A stretch of 64,000 nucleotides of DNA from Heterodontus francisci (taxonomy: Eukaryota). Where the stretch lies: NCBI RefSeq assembly GCF_036365525.1, contig NC_090403.1, forward strand, positions 35,845,461 through 35,909,460. Reading direction: 5' to 3'. Positions within the stretch are counted from its first letter, which is position 1; the number at the start of each line of letters is the position of its first letter. A program made the position numbers and the translations under genes. Shown here piece by piece: positions 61,761 through 64,000 of the stretch. The notes under the pieces were generated by a model. That model was not told the DNA's origin, ran no database searches, and was given only the letters and a program-made list of their open reading frames with translations.

Positions 61761-63139
61761 TGGTTGTCATGATGCCTTCAAATTGAGCCAGCACTTCAGC
61801 AGTCCCACTTCCATCCCCCACATGCCACCGCTAATTGGTTGCCCAACCTGCCCTCCGGCCAATTAGCATCCCACCTCTGCAAAGATCGTGGGGTGTGACT
61901 ACTAACCTCTCAACCTCCCCCTCCCCCCACTAGGGGCAAGACCCAAGTATGGTCCCGATGTCGCAATCCCGACTTTGGAGGCAAAATTCCTCCCTTGATG
62001 CCCAGTGGGGGTATATGTGTCCGATTGATACAATTGCCTTCCACTTCAATATAAAGAATAGTTGGGGCTCTTTAAACTTGGTCGCAGCTCACCTGGGAGA
62101 AAGTACTCCAAAGATAAAGTGATGGGAAACTACATCAGCTACTCTTCCTTGGCTCAGGAATAAATCATGCATGAGACTGGAGTTAGGACCTGCCCTACGG
62201 CAGAACTCAATCGACAGAATCAGTATCAAGATTCTCCAATCAGGTACAACATAAGGCGAAATTTCTATTCTGCTTCAATAATGTATTTTGAGTTTAGTCT
62301 CCAGTCACTCCCTAGACCTTCACATCTCCCACGTTAACAACCTGCCAAGACAATTTACCCCGAAAGAGTACTAAATTTGAGATGTTTTTGTTCTGTGGAG
62401 TCTCGTCCATTAGGAACCGGGTCTAGAGTGGACAAATTCATTTCACACGCAGCCGATAAGACAAGCGAAGAGATGAGAATCATTTTCCCAAATGCCTGTA
62501 TAATTTACAAACCAGATCTTGGGTGAGAAAGGAGACCATTTCACTCAATTCACAATGAATACATTTTTCAAGAACTCCAATCTTCGAGTGTCAAAAGAAA
62601 AAGCTATGTGCAGCATTGAGAAGTGCAAGACTCCAATCTAAGTTTGTTCTTTTTTATTTGTCCTCGGGATGTGGGTGACACTGGCAAAGCTGCATTTATT
62701 GTCTGCTCCTAGTTGCCTGAAAAAGTGGTGGACCTTCTCTGTGAACTGTTTTCAAAGCCAATGTGCAGTTGTCTCTTCTTAACGGCATCTGTTTCTGTGA
62801 TGTTAGAAAGCTTTGAGCAGAACTTTACCAAATTGCATTGTTTAATTTTTTTTGTAGTAATGTCAATTTGTTAATATTGCATTACCACTTAAAATTGAAT
62901 TGGTTTAATCCAGTTTGGGTATTTATTTATATGCTGGGACTTGCTTTAACTCCATCAGCTACAACAGTACATAATGATCCCAAGGAGCCTATCTGTTTGA
63001 TAATTACATGAACATTGCTTCTTATACCAGGGATCTAGGAAAGGATGAGGAACTGGGAAAGGTAGAGTTAGAAGGCAGAGATGTAAGATGGGGAGGATGA
63101 GGAGGATCAGTGGTAAGCGGGGGCAGGAGTAATGCAAAC

Positions 63140-63570
63140 AACGATGGATAAGCAAAAACCCTAGGCTCCAACCAGCCTGTTCCATACAATGTGTGATACC
63201 TTGTGCATCTCAATATCTCCACCCCATCCAAAAGCATGTCAGCTCCCGAGAGAGGCGAAAGACCGGATTAAAAACCAAGGCTAATTTGGGGAAAAGGAAT
63301 CTGGAAAATTCTTCTCTGACCCCCTTAGGTGATTGTAGCTAGCCCAGAGATCACTCGAGCCCTGATGATTCCATTCAGTAGATACCTTTTGTGTGAGGTG
63401 ATCTCCGCCCCAGCCAGAAACAGTTCCAATTCTCGCTTAAAGGAATTCAGTGAATTGGTGTCCACCACACAAGCCAGAAGCCTGTTCAAGAGATCCACTA
63501 TTCTCTGGCAATAGAACCACCTCCTGATCTCGAACCTAGATCTGACCTTACACCTTGTGATGCCTGGTCT
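63140..63570 (-). mobile_element. CR1-type 3' fragment with a different, longer 3' UTR
   Basis: EIRRWFYCQRIVDLLNRL...TNSLNSFKRELELFL resembles the CR1 C-terminal R..FF.QR.V..WN.LP...FK..LD motif. Confidence 0.6.
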
Positions 63571-63762
63571 TTCCAAATCTATTTTTTAAAAAATTGAAGA
63601 ACACAAACTAGAAAGACGATATTAGATAAATTCTGCCTTTGTACAACAACAAATAAAGGAACCAGGAGGAAATTGAGTGAAAATAAATAAAGAACTCAAA
63701 GAAGATCGTAAATAAGATAAACATACTGGATAATAAATTTGGAGAAAATATTGAAATAATTA

Positions 63763-63820
63763 GGGCCCGATTTTAACTCTGTGCAAGTGGGTGAGTTTTG
63801 AATGGGTTAAAATCAGGCCC
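63763..63820. mobile_element. 58-bp miniature inverted-repeat element (Harbinger-like TIRs)
   Basis: GGGCCCGATTTTAAC ... GTTAAAATCAGGCCC (14/15 inverted match). Interior matches the reverse complement of 2386-2436. Confidence 0.65.
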
Positions 63821-64000
63821 ATATAGAAATGGAAAATGAGCAAGTTTGGTGAGGAAAGAGAAGGGCCCAGATTTTCCTGTCAAAATAATGGTGAGGTTAA
63901 TGGAGTCGCCATATGTAAATGGTACAGCAACTTCAGATGAGGGGCAGATGCGCAATTAAATTCAAATGTCCAAAGGTTGCTGTTCAGGTTGCATCGCTCT

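Larger units (their letters stand above)
59518..61994. mobile_element. Decayed PIF/Harbinger transposon, family 3 (transposase +, Myb exon 1 -), internally deleted
   Basis: Termini GGGGCAGGATTTT and AAAATTCCTCCC. Convergent gene remnants inside. Confidence 0.78.

Noticed and set aside
1-64000. CRISPR arrays, operons or other prokaryotic systems
   Set aside because: The sequence is vertebrate repeat-rich DNA. No regularly spaced repeat-spacer array or dense gene organisation is present.

Overview
Repeat-rich (well over a third transposon-derived), apparently non-genic or intronic vertebrate DNA. It is most likely from a shark or other elasmobranch, inferred from HE1-type V-SINEs, SacSINE1-type DeuSINEs and matching CR1/L2 partners. 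No host protein-coding exon could be supported: every recognisable ORF is a transposon remnant. The window holds three decayed PIF/Harbinger DNA transposons (convergent transposase + Myb/SANT genes) with several MITEs, CR1, L2, RTE and Tx1/L1 LINE fragments, a Penelope-like element and several ~100-140 bp Penelope-tail insertions with minimal hammerhead ribozymes, a solo LTR, a Gmr1-like Gypsy remnant and at least three tRNA-derived SINE families. The most striking observation is a CR1-group (Zenon-like) LINE at 40186-42087(-). Its 5' end is a tRNA-like A-box/B-box head, it has no ORF1, and its sense strand has no TTTT terminator over ~1.55 kb. Its head, joined to a LINE 3' tail, makes up a SINE present three times in the window. 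This is a candidate Pol III-transcribed protein-coding retrotransposon with its own internal-deletion SINE. All family names come from motif recognition, not database searches.
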